The notes beneath the pieces were generated by a model. That model had not been told where the DNA came from. It was given only the letters and a program-made list of their open reading frames with translations, and ran no database searches. Below, piece after piece: positions 9,352-19,529 of a stretch of DNA of 64,000 nucleotides. Made by a program: the position numbers and the translations under genes. The DNA is from an uncultured Bacilli bacterium (GTDB lineage Bacteria; Bacillota_I; Bacilli_A; RF39; UBA660). How positions within the stretch are numbered: position 1 is the first letter of the stretch; the number at the start of each line of letters is the position of its first letter. The stretch spans positions 988 to 64,987 of the forward strand of contig CANQCR010000007.1 of the NCBI GenBank assembly GCA_947589735.1, given 5' to 3'.

Positions 9352-10327
9352 TGTTTTGATTTTTAACAAGCGTATTAAAGTCTACTCGTTTATCAAGAAA
9401 TCCATTTTCGGCAACAATATCTTGCATATGATTAAATCCTTCTTCATTAATTTTAGTAGTATCATACCAAGAATCAATTTCCCGGTAACGACCAATAACG
9501 GTTGTAATATCATCTAGACTTGTATCCGGAAAATAATCAACCAACAATTTAGCTAATTCTTCATCAGAATGTGTATTTGTGTAATCAATCCCTTTTTGAA
9601 TAGCTTGGGTAAACTTTTCAATTACTTGAGGATTTTCTTCAATATAGCTTTTTAAAGCATTAAAAGTTGTATAAGGAACTTCACCACCAATTTCTCCAAC
9701 GGAACTTATAACGTATCCTTTACCATCCTTTTCAAGCGCTAGAGCATTAGGTTCAAACAAAGTGACAAGATCCCCATTTCCGCCGATAAAAGCTCCTGAT
9801 AAACTAGCAAAATCAACACTAGTATCAACTGTTGCATTAATACCTTTTTCTTTTAAGGTATAGTTTAACGTCATAGCTGGCATACCGCCATTGCGTCCTC
9901 CTAAAATGGTTTTATTTTCTAAATAATCAAGATTAAAGTTATCAATTTTTTCTCTGGCAACAAGAAAACTACCATCCCTTTTAGTTAAACCAGCAAAGTT
10001 AATTAGATAGTCTTTTGCGCCCCGGTTATAGATATATAAAGTTTGTTCACTACCACAAAAGCCAATTTGAACATCACCAGACATAACGGCTGAAGCTACT
10101 TTATCAGCACCACTGGTTAAGATAATTTCTACATCTAATCCCGCGTCTTTAAAATAACCATTCGCATCAGCTACATACATTGGTGTATAGAACAAACTGT
10201 GAGTAACTTCGGCAACTTTAACTTTCGTAAGTTCTTCTTTCGTCTCATCTTTTTGGCTATTTTTAATAATAAGGTAAAAAGTTACGACGAAGGCGATACA
10301 AATTAATGTAATAATAAGTTTTTTCAT
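9344..10327 (-). CDS. ABC transporter substrate-binding protein (NMT1/THI5-like, SsuA/ThiY-like)
   Basis: 327 aa with an N-terminal signal anchor and a periplasmic-binding-protein-like sequence. First gene of a three-gene minus-strand operon. Confidence 0.7.
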   Translation of the reverse strand: MKKLIITLICIAFVVTFYLIIKNSQKDETKEELTKVKVAEVTHSLFYTPMYVADANGYFKDAGLDVEIILTSGADKVASAVMSGDVQIGFCGSEQTLYIYNRGAKDYLINFAGLTKRDGSFLVAREKIDNFNLDYLENKTILGGRNGGMPAMTLNYTLKEKGINATVDTSVDFASLSGAFIGGNGDLVTLFEPNALALEKDGKGYVISSVGEIGGEVPYTTFNALKSYIEENPQVIEKFTQAIQKGIDYTNTHSDEELAKLLVDYFPDTSLDDITTVIGRYREIDSWYDTTKINEEGFNHMQDIVAENGFLDKRVDFNTLVKNQNNE

Positions 10328-10587
10328 TTTCTTCTCCTTTCTTTAACTAGTATATTCATTATGCTTTATAATGTGTTATAATGTGAATGATATAATAATA
10401 GCTTTTTTGAAGTGTAAATAATTGACATTTTATTATGAAAATGAAAAACGATGCACTAATAAAGTTAATAATTTAAATATTTAAAAGTAATATTTTAATA
10501 AAATATATAAATTATCTGTCAAAAATAAATAATTGTCAATAGGAAATGTTAACGTGTTGTGATAAGATGTTAGTAATGGAGGATTTT

Positions 10588-11493
10588 ATGAGCATTTTAA
10601 AATGTGAAAAACTATGTAAAAGTTTTGGTAAAAAAGGAGTTTTAAAGAATGTAACCTTTGAAGTAAATGAGGGCGATATTTTAGGCTTTATCGGACCTAA
10701 TGGGGCTGGTAAAACAACAACAATTAAACTTATCTTAGGCCTTCAAAAAATTAGTTCTGGCAGTGTTACTATTAATGGACTTGATATAAAAAAAGATTTT
10801 GTTAAAGCTATTGAACGGGTTGGCGCTATTGTTGAGAATCCTGATCTTTATATGTATCTAACGGGTCGTGAGAATCTTAAGATGATTGCGCGTCTTTATC
10901 ATAATATTGACGCTAAAAGAATTGATGAAGTTATCGCTATTTCCGGATTAGGCAATCGTATTGATGATAATGTAAGCAAGTATTCTTTAGGAATGCGGCA
11001 ACGCCTAGGTATTGCGGCGGCAATCATTCATCGACCTAATCTTTTAATTTTAGATGAGCCAACCAATGGGCTTGACCCTGAGGGGATAAGGGAGTTGCGT
11101 GATTTACTCACAAAATTAGCTCGTGAAGAAAAGATGGCAATTTTAGTTTCAAGTCATAACTTATCCGAACTAGAAAGTTTTTGTAATCAAATATGCATTA
11201 TTAAAAATGGTGTGATTATTGATAAAACATCACTTACTGATTTAAAGAAGGAGGTATCTAATTCCCAATATATTTTAGAACTTGATCATATAGATGGTTT
11301 AAAAGATATCATTGACTATTCATATGAAGAAATATCATCAACGCAAATTTCTATCAATATCGAAAGAGAAAAAATACCGGATTTAATAAAAACACTTATC
11401 GCTAATGATTACCTTCTTTACCAAATTGTTGAAGATAAGGCTAGCTTAGAAGATGCTTTCTTAAGAAAGACGGGAGGTAATATCATTGATTAA
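10588..11493 (+). CDS. ABC-2-type transporter ATP-binding protein
   Basis: Walker A GPNGAGKTT, signature YSLGMRQR, Walker B LLILDEPTNGLD. ATG 10588 follows GGAGGA. The ORF-track start at 10546 lacks an RBS. Confidence 0.9.
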   Translation: MSILKCEKLCKSFGKKGVLKNVTFEVNEGDILGFIGPNGAGKTTTIKLILGLQKISSGSVTINGLDIKKDFVKAIERVGAIVENPDLYMYLTGRENLKMIARLYHNIDAKRIDEVIAISGLGNRIDDNVSKYSLGMRQRLGIAAAIIHRPNLLILDEPTNGLDPEGIRELRDLLTKLAREEKMAILVSSHNLSELESFCNQICIIKNGVIIDKTSLTDLKKEVSNSQYILELDHIDGLKDIIDYSYEEISSTQISINIEREKIPDLIKTLIANDYLLYQIVEDKASLEDAFLRKTGGNIID

Positions 11494-12865
11494 TTTACTA
11501 AAAAATGAGATTACAAAAGTTATCAAGAAAAAAAGTTTTTTAATTATGGTTATAGTCATGTTTGGCTATGCTCTTCTAACTAATATTATCTATTTATCTT
11601 TAAATAATGTCGATGAAGTGGAATTTGTTCAAAATGTAGCGAGCACGATTGACGATGACGATCTTGATCCAGAAACTAAAGCTTATAATGAAGCTTTAAA
11701 AGAAACTTATGATTTGGCTCAAAAGTATGAAAAGTCATCTTGGCAATATAATTACGTTATAACTTATGATTACGATAACTTAGAGACCATTCATCTTTAT
11801 GAAGCCTCTCAATTATTTGATTCTAAAATCTATAATGAGGCTAAAGAAAAACATGAAAAGATTGTTTCCTTATTAAAAGAAGATGATTGGAAAAGTGTTG
11901 TTAAAATTGAAATGGACGAGTTAAAAGAAGCATTTGAAGAGGGCGATTATACCAAAGAAGAGTATGATATTAAATTAGAATGTTTAAAGATGCGCTTAGA
12001 TAAAAATATTTCTTATGCTTATAGTTATCAAAATGACAATCTGATTAATTATGAAGAAAGTAAAATATCTTTATTGGGATATGATGATGTTGACAAGTTG
12101 CAACTTGATGAAAAAGAATTTTATCAAGAACGAAAAGAGACATATTTGACCAGTGAATATGCTTTAAAGCATAATCTTAATATTACATCAGAAATTAGTC
12201 TTCAATCGGTTCTAATGGATTTTTTTGATGAGTTTATGCTCATGATTATCATTATGGTATTTATGATAGCTGGATCAATTATGAGTAATGAGTATAATAA
12301 TGGTACAATTAAACTTTTACTTGTAAGACCATATAGTCGTATTAAAGTTTTGCTTAGTAAATATTTAACAGTACTGATTTGTATTTTAATAGCGATTTTA
12401 ATAATGGTTGTTGCCGAACTATTAATTGGTGGGGTGACATTGGGATTCTCTTCATTATCAAATCCAGCTTTATACTATAATGCTAAACTTGATACCCTCC
12501 AAGTATATAATATTTTTGCTTATTTAGGATTAAATATTATTGGTAAATTACCTAATTTAATTATTTTAGCTACATTAGTATTTGCTATTAGTACCATTTT
12601 CGCTAATACATCTTTGGCTATTATTATGGGATTTGTTGGACAATTCGTAGGAAGTTTGTTTAGTATTTTTACAACATCTAGTAAATGGTGGCTTAAATAT
12701 ATTATTTCACTCAATTGGGATTGGACTATATATTTACTTAAGTCTGCACCTAACATTGAAGGATTATCTTTCATCTTTTCGTTTGTTGTCTGTTTAGTTT
12801 TCCTTTTAGCGCTAATTATACCGACATTCTTAATTTTTAAACATAAAGACATTGTTAATGTTTAA
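11486..12865 (+). CDS. ABC-2 family transporter permease with a large N-terminal extracytoplasmic helical domain
   Basis: 459 aa. One N-terminal TM, an acidic soluble region of about 200 aa, then 5 TM helices. Overlaps the ATPase gene. Confidence 0.75.
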   Translation: MINLLKNEITKVIKKKSFLIMVIVMFGYALLTNIIYLSLNNVDEVEFVQNVASTIDDDDLDPETKAYNEALKETYDLAQKYEKSSWQYNYVITYDYDNLETIHLYEASQLFDSKIYNEAKEKHEKIVSLLKEDDWKSVVKIEMDELKEAFEEGDYTKEEYDIKLECLKMRLDKNISYAYSYQNDNLINYEESKISLLGYDDVDKLQLDEKEFYQERKETYLTSEYALKHNLNITSEISLQSVLMDFFDEFMLMIIIMVFMIAGSIMSNEYNNGTIKLLLVRPYSRIKVLLSKYLTVLICILIAILIMVVAELLIGGVTLGFSSLSNPALYYNAKLDTLQVYNIFAYLGLNIIGKLPNLIILATLVFAISTIFANTSLAIIMGFVGQFVGSLFSIFTTSSKWWLKYIISLNWDWTIYLLKSAPNIEGLSFIFSFVVCLVFLLALIIPTFLIFKHKDIVNV

Positions 12866-12868
12866 GTT

Positions 12869-12892
12869 AAACTATGCTATGCATAGTTTTTC
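12869..12892 (+). terminator. Rho-independent terminator
   Basis: AAACTATGC-tat-GCATAGTTT followed by TTT. Confidence 0.6.
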
Positions 12893-12980
12893 ATTACCTT
12901 AAAATAGTTTCCCTATTTTGCCCATTTTTTCATGATAAAATATGTTATAATGGTAATAGTGATGAGCATAGGAGGAAACT

Positions 12981-15071
12981 ATGATTGAAGGACTTAATAA
13001 AGAACAACTTGAAGCTGTAACAACGACCGAAGGGCCTTTGCTTGTCATTGCGGGAGCTGGCAGTGGAAAAACGAGAGTTTTAACAACTAGAATTGCTTAT
13101 CTGGTTAGTGAATTAGGCATTGATCCTAGTAATATTTTGGCTATTACCTTTACTAATAAAGCAGCTAAAGAAATGCAAGAGCGGGTAATTTCTTTGTTAG
13201 GATCTTCGGCTTATAAAATACAAATCTCAACCTTCCACTCTTTTGGTGTTAGTATTATTAGAGACAATTATAGTCTTTTAGGATATAAAAAGAATTTTAC
13301 AATCTTAGATAGTGATGATTCCCTCCTTACAATTAAAAGAATCCTAAAAGATTTAGGCTATGACCCAAAACAATATAATCCCAAAGCTGTTCGAAATCGC
13401 ATTAGTAGTGCGAAAAATGCGATGCAATCACCGGATGCTTTAAGTCGCTTTAATGCTTGTGATTTTGATGAAAAAGTCGTTGAGGTATACCGTGTATATC
13501 AAGATAAACTGGTGAGTAATAATTCCCTTGATTTTGATGATTTGCTTTTAAAACCGATTGAATTATTTAAACAAAATCCTGATGTTTTAGCGGAATATCA
13601 AGAACGTTTTAAGTATATTTTAATCGATGAATATCAGGATACTAATGAGGTTCAATATCGTCTTACGAAAATGCTTAGTCAAAAACATAAAAATATATGT
13701 GTTGTCGGTGATGAATCACAATCGATCTATGCCTTTAGGGGTGCTAATTACCGCAATATTTTAAACTTTGAAAAAGATTATAAAAAAGCTAAAATTATTT
13801 TACTAGAACAAAATTATCGCAGTACCGGGAATATCCTAAATGCGGCTAATGACGTTATTAAAAATAATAAACAGCGCAAAGATAAAAAACTTTGGACAAA
13901 GAACGGTATTGGTGATAAAATCATCTATCATAAAGCTCTTAATGAAAAAGATGAAGCTTTATATGTTACAAGAGAAATTAATAAATTATTAGGTGATGGC
14001 GCTAATTTAGATGATATCGTCATCTTATACCGCGCTAATGCGCAGTCACGAAATGTTGAAGAGGCCCTTTTAAAAGAAAGCATTCCTTATAAAGTAATCG
14101 GTAGCTTTTATTTCTATAATCGTAAAGAGATTAAAGATTTATTAGCTTACTTAAAGTTAATTTATAATAGTGATGATGATATAAGCCTCTTAAGAGTTAT
14201 TAATTCACCTAAAAGAGGTATCGGGGTTAAAACAATAGAATCATTAACAAGTAAATCTAATAATGGCCATATAAGCCTTTTTGAGGCTATTGAAGATGGT
14301 AAAGAAAAACAATTTAAAGATTTAATTTTAAAACTAAAAACGTTAGTTGATAATTGTTCTTTAACAGAATTAGTTGAAGCTGTTTTAAATGAAACGGGTC
14401 TTAAAAAAGAACTTCAGGATGAACAGTCTCTTGAAGCGGAGGCTAGACTAGAAAACTTAGAGGAGTTTAAGTCTATTACCAAAAATTTTGAGGAACGTAA
14501 TGGTATTGTTTCGCTTAGTGAGTTCTTAGAGGAGATAAGTTTAGTTTCAGATGTTGAAGAGCACAAGGATGAAACGAATGTTGTAACTTTGATGACGATG
14601 CATTCAGCGAAAGGTTTAGAGTTTAAATATGTCTTTGTGGTTGGGATGGAGGAAGGCGTTTTCCCACATAGCCGGGCGTTTGACTCAAATGATGAATTAG
14701 AAGAAGAACGAAGACTATGTTATGTTGCGATTACAAGAGCTAAGGAAAAACTTTGGCTAGTGGGCGCTAAAAGAAGAGTTCTATTCGGTCAAGATAATGC
14801 TAATCCTGTGAGTCGCTTTGTTAAAGAAATAAGCGATGAGTATCTTGAAAAAGATGAAGAAACAAGTCTATTTGAAAATCGTAGCAAAAAAAGTTATAAT
14901 AATAGTATTGATGATACGATAGAGTATAAAGTTGGCGAAAAAGTTATGCACACGACATTTGGTGAAGGCATTATTGTAAGCGTCACCAACACGGTTATTA
15001 ATGTGGCTTTCCCGCATCCTATTGGTATAAAAACGATAATGAAAGGACATAAGAGTATAAGAAAGGTATAG
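12981..15071 (+). CDS. pcrA: ATP-dependent DNA helicase PcrA (UvrD family)
   Basis: Motifs AGAGSGKT (Walker A), DEYQDTN (motif II), VGDESQSIYAFRGA, TMHSAKGLEF. 696 aa. Confidence 0.93.
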   Translation: MIEGLNKEQLEAVTTTEGPLLVIAGAGSGKTRVLTTRIAYLVSELGIDPSNILAITFTNKAAKEMQERVISLLGSSAYKIQISTFHSFGVSIIRDNYSLLGYKKNFTILDSDDSLLTIKRILKDLGYDPKQYNPKAVRNRISSAKNAMQSPDALSRFNACDFDEKVVEVYRVYQDKLVSNNSLDFDDLLLKPIELFKQNPDVLAEYQERFKYILIDEYQDTNEVQYRLTKMLSQKHKNICVVGDESQSIYAFRGANYRNILNFEKDYKKAKIILLEQNYRSTGNILNAANDVIKNNKQRKDKKLWTKNGIGDKIIYHKALNEKDEALYVTREINKLLGDGANLDDIVILYRANAQSRNVEEALLKESIPYKVIGSFYFYNRKEIKDLLAYLKLIYNSDDDISLLRVINSPKRGIGVKTIESLTSKSNNGHISLFEAIEDGKEKQFKDLILKLKTLVDNCSLTELVEAVLNETGLKKELQDEQSLEAEARLENLEEFKSITKNFEERNGIVSLSEFLEEISLVSDVEEHKDETNVVTLMTMHSAKGLEFKYVFVVGMEEGVFPHSRAFDSNDELEEERRLCYVAITRAKEKLWLVGAKRRVLFGQDNANPVSRFVKEISDEYLEKDEETSLFENRSKKSYNNSIDDTIEYKVGEKVMHTTFGEGIIVSVTNTVINVAFPHPIGIKTIMKGHKSIRKV

Positions 15072-15079
15072 GTGGTTCT

Positions 15080-15250
15080 ATGTTAAAATTAATGAATACA
15101 TTAACAATTATGTCAACGTTAGAAGAATGGTCAGATCGCTTACATGCATGGATTATTGATAATTATGCAAACCCTGTTTTATGGGTTGGAATCGTAGTTG
15201 TTGGTGTTCTTTTCTTTAAAATAGTTTTTGGCGCATTAAATAAAAACTGA
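15080..15250 (+). CDS. Small membrane protein (56 aa), not in the ORF track
   Basis: ATG at 15080, 9 nt after the pcrA stop and preceded by AGGTGG. Translation MLKLMNTLTIMSTLEEWSDRLHAWIIDNYANPVLWVGIVVVGVLFFKIVFGALNKN has one clear TM helix. A terminator hairpin follows directly. Confidence 0.5.
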   Translation: MLKLMNTLTIMSTLEEWSDRLHAWIIDNYANPVLWVGIVVVGVLFFKIVFGALNKN

Positions 15251-15275
15251 GGCTAGATTTATATCTAGTCTTTTT
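15251..15275 (+). terminator. Rho-independent terminator
   Basis: GGCTAGAT-ttat-ATCTAGTC followed by TTTTT. Confidence 0.6.
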
Positions 15276-15298
15276 GTTATAATGAAATGGGTGATGTT

Positions 15299-16189
15299 AT
15301 GATAACAATTGGATCACATGTTTCTTTTACGAAAGAAAAACAAATGTTAGGTAGTGTGATGGAAGCTTTAAGTTATGATGCTAATGCATTTATGTTTTAT
15401 ACTGGTGCGCCTCAAAACACAAATCGCTTGCCAATTAATGATGAATTAACCGAATTAGCTCATAATTTGATGTTAAATGAAAATATTAATATTGATAATG
15501 TTGTTGTTCACGCACCATATATTATCAATTTAGCCAATGATAAAAACGCTAAGTTTAATGTCGACTTTTTAAAAGAAGAAATTAACCGGGTTGAAAGAGT
15601 TGGTGTTCACTTATTAGTTCTACACCCTGGTAGTCACGTTGGCCTTGGCGTAGATAAGGGCATTGAAAATATTATCAAAGCTTTAAATGATGTTTTAACA
15701 CCATCAACTAAAGTTACAATATGTTTAGAAACAATGGCCGGTAAAGGTAGTGAATTAGGTAGTTCTTTTGAAGAATTAAAAAGAATTATTGATGGCGTTA
15801 AATGCCAAGATAAAGTTGCTGTTTGCCTTGATACGTGTCACATTAATGATGCTGGCTATGATCTTAATGATTTTGATGCTATCTTAGATGATTTCGATAA
15901 GATTATCGGCTTAGATAAATTATTAGTCTTACATATCAATGATAGTAAAAATGAACAAGGCTCTCATAAAGATCGTCATGAGAATTTTGGCTATGGTAAA
16001 ATCGGCTTTGATAAACTTATGAAAGTTATTTATCATCCTAAATTAAAAGATGTTCCTAAAATATTAGAAACACCTTATGTTGACACGGAACTTGGTAAAC
16101 TTGCGCCATATAAGTTTGAAATTAAAATGATTAGAGATAAAAAGTTTAATGATCATTTAACCAATGATATAGTTCAGGATAATAAATAG
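15299..16189 (+). CDS. nfo: Endonuclease IV (deoxyribonuclease IV)
   Basis: TIM-barrel AP endonuclease 2 motifs: VVHAPYIINL, LVLHPGSH, CLETMAGKGSE, LDTCH, LHINDSK. ATG 15299 follows GGGTGAT. Confidence 0.93.
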   Translation: MITIGSHVSFTKEKQMLGSVMEALSYDANAFMFYTGAPQNTNRLPINDELTELAHNLMLNENINIDNVVVHAPYIINLANDKNAKFNVDFLKEEINRVERVGVHLLVLHPGSHVGLGVDKGIENIIKALNDVLTPSTKVTICLETMAGKGSELGSSFEELKRIIDGVKCQDKVAVCLDTCHINDAGYDLNDFDAILDDFDKIIGLDKLLVLHINDSKNEQGSHKDRHENFGYGKIGFDKLMKVIYHPKLKDVPKILETPYVDTELGKLAPYKFEIKMIRDKKFNDHLTNDIVQDNK

Positions 16190-16415
16190 TATATAATTCA
16201 TATATTTTATTATAAGTAGTAGGCGTAAGCTTACTTTTTATATTATTTAAATAAAAAAGTGGGTCTTTAATTATTGACGAATAGTCCCTTTTTATCGTAT
16301 TATATAAAGTATTAATTTCAATATCGTTTAAGATGATGCCATTATCTTTGGCAAGACGAATAAGATCGTTTTTAGTTAAACGATTAATATACATTTGAAT
16401 AATTTTTTCCTTCAT
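16146..16415 (-). CDS. Small conserved hypothetical protein (possibly YqfT/DUF2624-like)
   Basis: 89 aa. It sits beside nfo, as yqfT does in Bacillus subtilis (from memory). Its 3' end overlaps the nfo 3' end by 44 nt. Confidence 0.45.
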   Translation of the reverse strand: MKEKIIQMYINRLTKNDLIRLAKDNGIILNDIEINTLYNTIKRDYSSIIKDPLFYLNNIKSKLTPTTYNKIYELYTIYYPELYHWLNDH

Positions 16416-16461
16416 ATAAAATAGTATATGTTTGAAGATATAAAAATTGACAGGAGGCCTT

Positions 16462-18537
16462 ATGCGTAAAAAAGATAGTTATTTAAAATATTATAAGAGA
16501 TTAACGCCTAAAGAAGATGGTTCCATTGTCAATCGCCGTTATAAAATATTAACGGTTATTATAGTAGGCCTTTTCATCACTTTAGCTAGTTCTTTATTCT
16601 ATGTTCAAATTGTAAAAAGCGATTATTACACTAATCAATTAGAAACGATGACACAAATTGTTATTGAGGGTGATAGTGCGCCACGGGGCCGTATCTATGA
16701 CCGTAATGGTCGGATTATTGTTGATAATAAAGCTGTTAAAACAATCTATTATAAAAAGCCTACCAATATATCAACTTCGAAAGAAGTCAAAATTGCTTAT
16801 CAAGCTGCTGAAGTATTAGCTGTTGATTTTTCTAGACTAAGTGATTATAACTTAAAATATTTCTGGGTTATTAATAATCCACATTTAGCTAATAAAAAAA
16901 TTACTGATGATGAATGGCAGCAACTAGAAGAACGCCGGATTAGTGCGAGTGACATTGAAAACTATAAAATTGAACGGGTAACTGATGATGATTTAAAAGA
17001 ATATCAAGATATTGATAGAGAAGCTGCTTACATCTATTATTTGATGAACAAAGGATACTACTATTCTGAAAAGACAATCAAGAATGTTGATGTAACGGAT
17101 GAAGAATATGCCTTAATTGCTTCTAATGATGCTGGTATTGAAGGTTTTGGAACAAAACTTGATTGGGAAAGATACTATCCTTATGGTGATGTTTTTAGAA
17201 CCTTACTAGGTAGTGTGTCATCTAGTAGTAGTGGCCTTCCAGCGGAATTAAAAGATGCCTATTTAACTGTTGGTTATAGTTTATCAGACCGAGTTGGTAC
17301 AAGTTATTTAGAGTATCAATATGAAAGTATTTTAAGAGGAACAAAAACTAAATACACGTTAGATGAAGATGGTAACTATGTTGTCTTAGAAGAAGGTAAA
17401 CGGGGTAATGATATTGTTATAAGTATTGATATTGAACTTCAAAAGGCGATTGAAAAGATTGTTGCTAAAGAACTAATCAATACGAAAAAGAAGGATAAAT
17501 ACACTAAGTATTTTGATAGAGCATTCGTTGTTATTAGTGACCCTAATACAGGTGAGATTTTAGCAATGGTGGGAAAGCAAGTTAAAAAAGAACATGGTGA
17601 ATATAAAGTGTATGATTATTCCGTTGGTGTCATTAACGCTTCTATCACACCGGGTTCAGCTGTTAAAGCTGCATCTCATATGGTTGGTTATACAACGGGA
17701 GCTTTAAAGATAGGTGAAGTTAGAAATGATGCTTGCATTAAAATAGTGGCAACGCCTATTAAGTGTTCTTATACAAGATATGGAAACATTAATGACTTAC
17801 AAGCTTTATCATATTCATCTAATACTTATCAGTTTCGAACAGCTATTAAAGTTGGTGGCGGTAAATACCAATACAATAAGCCATTAAAATTGAAGGCGTC
17901 AGCTTTTACAACATATCGCAATATGTTTGCTCAGTTTGGTTTAGGTGTTAAAACCGGCATTGATTTACCTAACGAAATGTTAGGATACCGGGGAACATCC
18001 ACACAATCAGGATTACTTTTAGATTTTGCTATCGGTCAGTATGATAACTATACTCCAATTCAAATGTCACAGTATATCAATACGGTAGCTACTGATGGTA
18101 ACCGGGTAAAACCAATGCTCCTAAAGAAAGTTTATGCTCCAACCAAAGATGGCTTAACCGATTTAATCTATACTAACACACCGACGATTTTAAACCATGT
18201 TCAAGCTGATCCAAAATATTTTAAACGTATTAAAAAAGGCTTACGAATGGTTTTTGCTAGTGGTACGGGATATGGATTCATTAGTAATAAATATAAGCCA
18301 GCTGGTAAGACAGGAACTAGTCAAAGTTTCGTTGATACCAATAATGATGGTGTAATCGATAAGGAGACATTATCAACATCCCTTGTCGCTTATGCCCCAT
18401 ACAATAAGCCAACGGTAACTTTTACCATTATCACACCTAATGTTGGAACAGGTAATATATCATTTGGACAAATGTCTAAGGTAAATAACCGCTTGTCCCA
18501 AAAAATTTCTAAAAAATACTTTGAAATTTATAAATAA
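16462..18537 (+). CDS. Class B penicillin-binding protein (PBP2/FtsI/SpoVD-type transpeptidase)
   Basis: N-terminal TM anchor. Motifs SAVK (SxxK), SSN and KTGTSQ. ATG 16462 follows AGGAGG. Confidence 0.9.
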   Translation: MRKKDSYLKYYKRLTPKEDGSIVNRRYKILTVIIVGLFITLASSLFYVQIVKSDYYTNQLETMTQIVIEGDSAPRGRIYDRNGRIIVDNKAVKTIYYKKPTNISTSKEVKIAYQAAEVLAVDFSRLSDYNLKYFWVINNPHLANKKITDDEWQQLEERRISASDIENYKIERVTDDDLKEYQDIDREAAYIYYLMNKGYYYSEKTIKNVDVTDEEYALIASNDAGIEGFGTKLDWERYYPYGDVFRTLLGSVSSSSSGLPAELKDAYLTVGYSLSDRVGTSYLEYQYESILRGTKTKYTLDEDGNYVVLEEGKRGNDIVISIDIELQKAIEKIVAKELINTKKKDKYTKYFDRAFVVISDPNTGEILAMVGKQVKKEHGEYKVYDYSVGVINASITPGSAVKAASHMVGYTTGALKIGEVRNDACIKIVATPIKCSYTRYGNINDLQALSYSSNTYQFRTAIKVGGGKYQYNKPLKLKASAFTTYRNMFAQFGLGVKTGIDLPNEMLGYRGTSTQSGLLLDFAIGQYDNYTPIQMSQYINTVATDGNRVKPMLLKKVYAPTKDGLTDLIYTNTPTILNHVQADPKYFKRIKKGLRMVFASGTGYGFISNKYKPAGKTGTSQSFVDTNNDGVIDKETLSTSLVAYAPYNKPTVTFTIITPNVGTGNISFGQMSKVNNRLSQKISKKYFEIYK

Positions 18538-18578
18538 TTTGCTATAATAGTAATGCGTAAAAAAAGGAGGGCAAGACT

Positions 18579-18746
18579 ATGGCCAAAAAAGGTGAAGCAA
18601 GACAAAGAATCACACTTCAATGTACCGTATGCAAATCTGAAAATAAGCGTACAGAAAAAAATAAGCGTAACACAACTGAACGTTTAGAATTAAATAAATA
18701 TTGTCCAAAATGTAAAAAGGTAACATTACACAAAGAGGAGAAGTAA
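18579..18746 (+). CDS. rpmG: 50S ribosomal protein L33 (55 aa), not in the ORF track
   Basis: Translation [55 protein letters not shown]. CxxC…CxxC zinc ribbon. RBS AAGGAGG. Promoter TGCTATAAT at 18539-18547. Confidence 0.9.
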   Translation: MAKKGEARQRITLQCTVCKSENKRTEKNKRNTTERLELNKYCPKCKKVTLHKEEK

Positions 18747-18751
18747 TAATT

Positions 18752-18922
18752 ATGTTTCGACATCTACATACGACGATTAATTATCCTAAACTAATTGCTT
18801 GGCAAGCTCATCAAACAAAGTTTGGCGAAGCTATTAATAAAGGATATACATTAAAGAGTATGAAGAGTCAAAAGGGGTTTCACGGAAAACTTAAAGTTAA
18901 AGCCCGTAGTACTTTAAAATAA
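18752..18922 (+). CDS. Small basic hypothetical protein (56 aa) translationally coupled to rpmG
   Basis: ATG lies 5 nt after the rpmG stop, with GAGGAG inside the rpmG 3' end. Translation MFRHLHTTINYPKLIAWQAHQTKFGEAINKGYTLKSMKSQKGFHGKLKVKARSTLK. No family recognised. Confidence 0.4.
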   Translation: MFRHLHTTINYPKLIAWQAHQTKFGEAINKGYTLKSMKSQKGFHGKLKVKARSTLK

Positions 18923-18971
18923 GAGTAAATAATAAGGTTTATCCTTATTTTTTATGGAAAGGAGTGAGATT

Positions 18972-19529
18972 GTGATAAATATTAATGATATTAAGAATGG
19001 TATGACCATTTTGTTTGAAGATAATATCTACGTTGTTTTGGATTTCCAACACGTAAAACCAGGTAAAGGTGCAGCCTTTGTTCAAGCTAAGTTAAAAAAC
19101 TTAAGAACGGGATCTATTATTGAAAAACGTTTCAATAGTGGTGTTAAAGTTGAAAAGGCTATGATTGAAAAGAAGAATATGCAATACCTATATGAATCTG
19201 GTGGCGTATATACTTTTATGGATAACCAAACTTATGAACAATTAGAATTATCTGAAGAACATTTAGGTAATGATAAAAATTATTTAAAAGACGGTCTAGA
19301 AGTTATGGTTTCTATTTATCAAGGTGAGGTATTAGGTGTTATTTTACCTGAAAAAGTTGAATTAAAAATTACTTCAACGGAACCTGCTGTTAAGGGTAAT
19401 ACAACGAATAACGCCCAAAAAGATGCTTATGTTGAAACGGGATTATTAGTAAGAGTACCACTTTTCATAGAAGAAGGCGAAACAATCCTTGTTAATACAA
19501 AAGATGGTTCTTATGCATCACGTGCTTAA
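18972..19529 (+). CDS. efp: Elongation factor P
   Basis: NDIKNGMTI…HVKPGKGAAFV motif. GTG 18972 is 7 nt after AAAGGAG and gives the canonical N-terminus. The ORF-track ATG 18954 has no RBS. Confidence 0.92.
   Translation: MININDIKNGMTILFEDNIYVVLDFQHVKPGKGAAFVQAKLKNLRTGSIIEKRFNSGVKVEKAMIEKKNMQYLYESGGVYTFMDNQTYEQLELSEEHLGNDKNYLKDGLEVMVSIYQGEVLGVILPEKVELKITSTEPAVKGNTTNNAQKDAYVETGLLVRVPLFIEEGETILVNTKDGSYASRA

Noticed and set aside
10328-10545. Possible TPP or other riboswitch upstream of the NMT1/THI5-like ABC transporter operon
   Set aside because: The 218-nt divergent intergenic region is almost pure A/T. It has stacked TATAAT-like elements and lacks the conserved CTGAGA and GC-rich helices of a TPP riboswitch on either strand.
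10546-10587. Upstream-extended start codons given in the ORF track. Examples are 10546, 15287, 16447, 21745, 26755, 42548, 47574, 48857, 54726, 58121 and 61378.
   Set aside because: In each case a downstream ATG or GTG is preceded by a good RBS and often by a TGnTATAAT promoter located inside the proposed extension. The extensions also add non-homologous residues to conserved N-termini.
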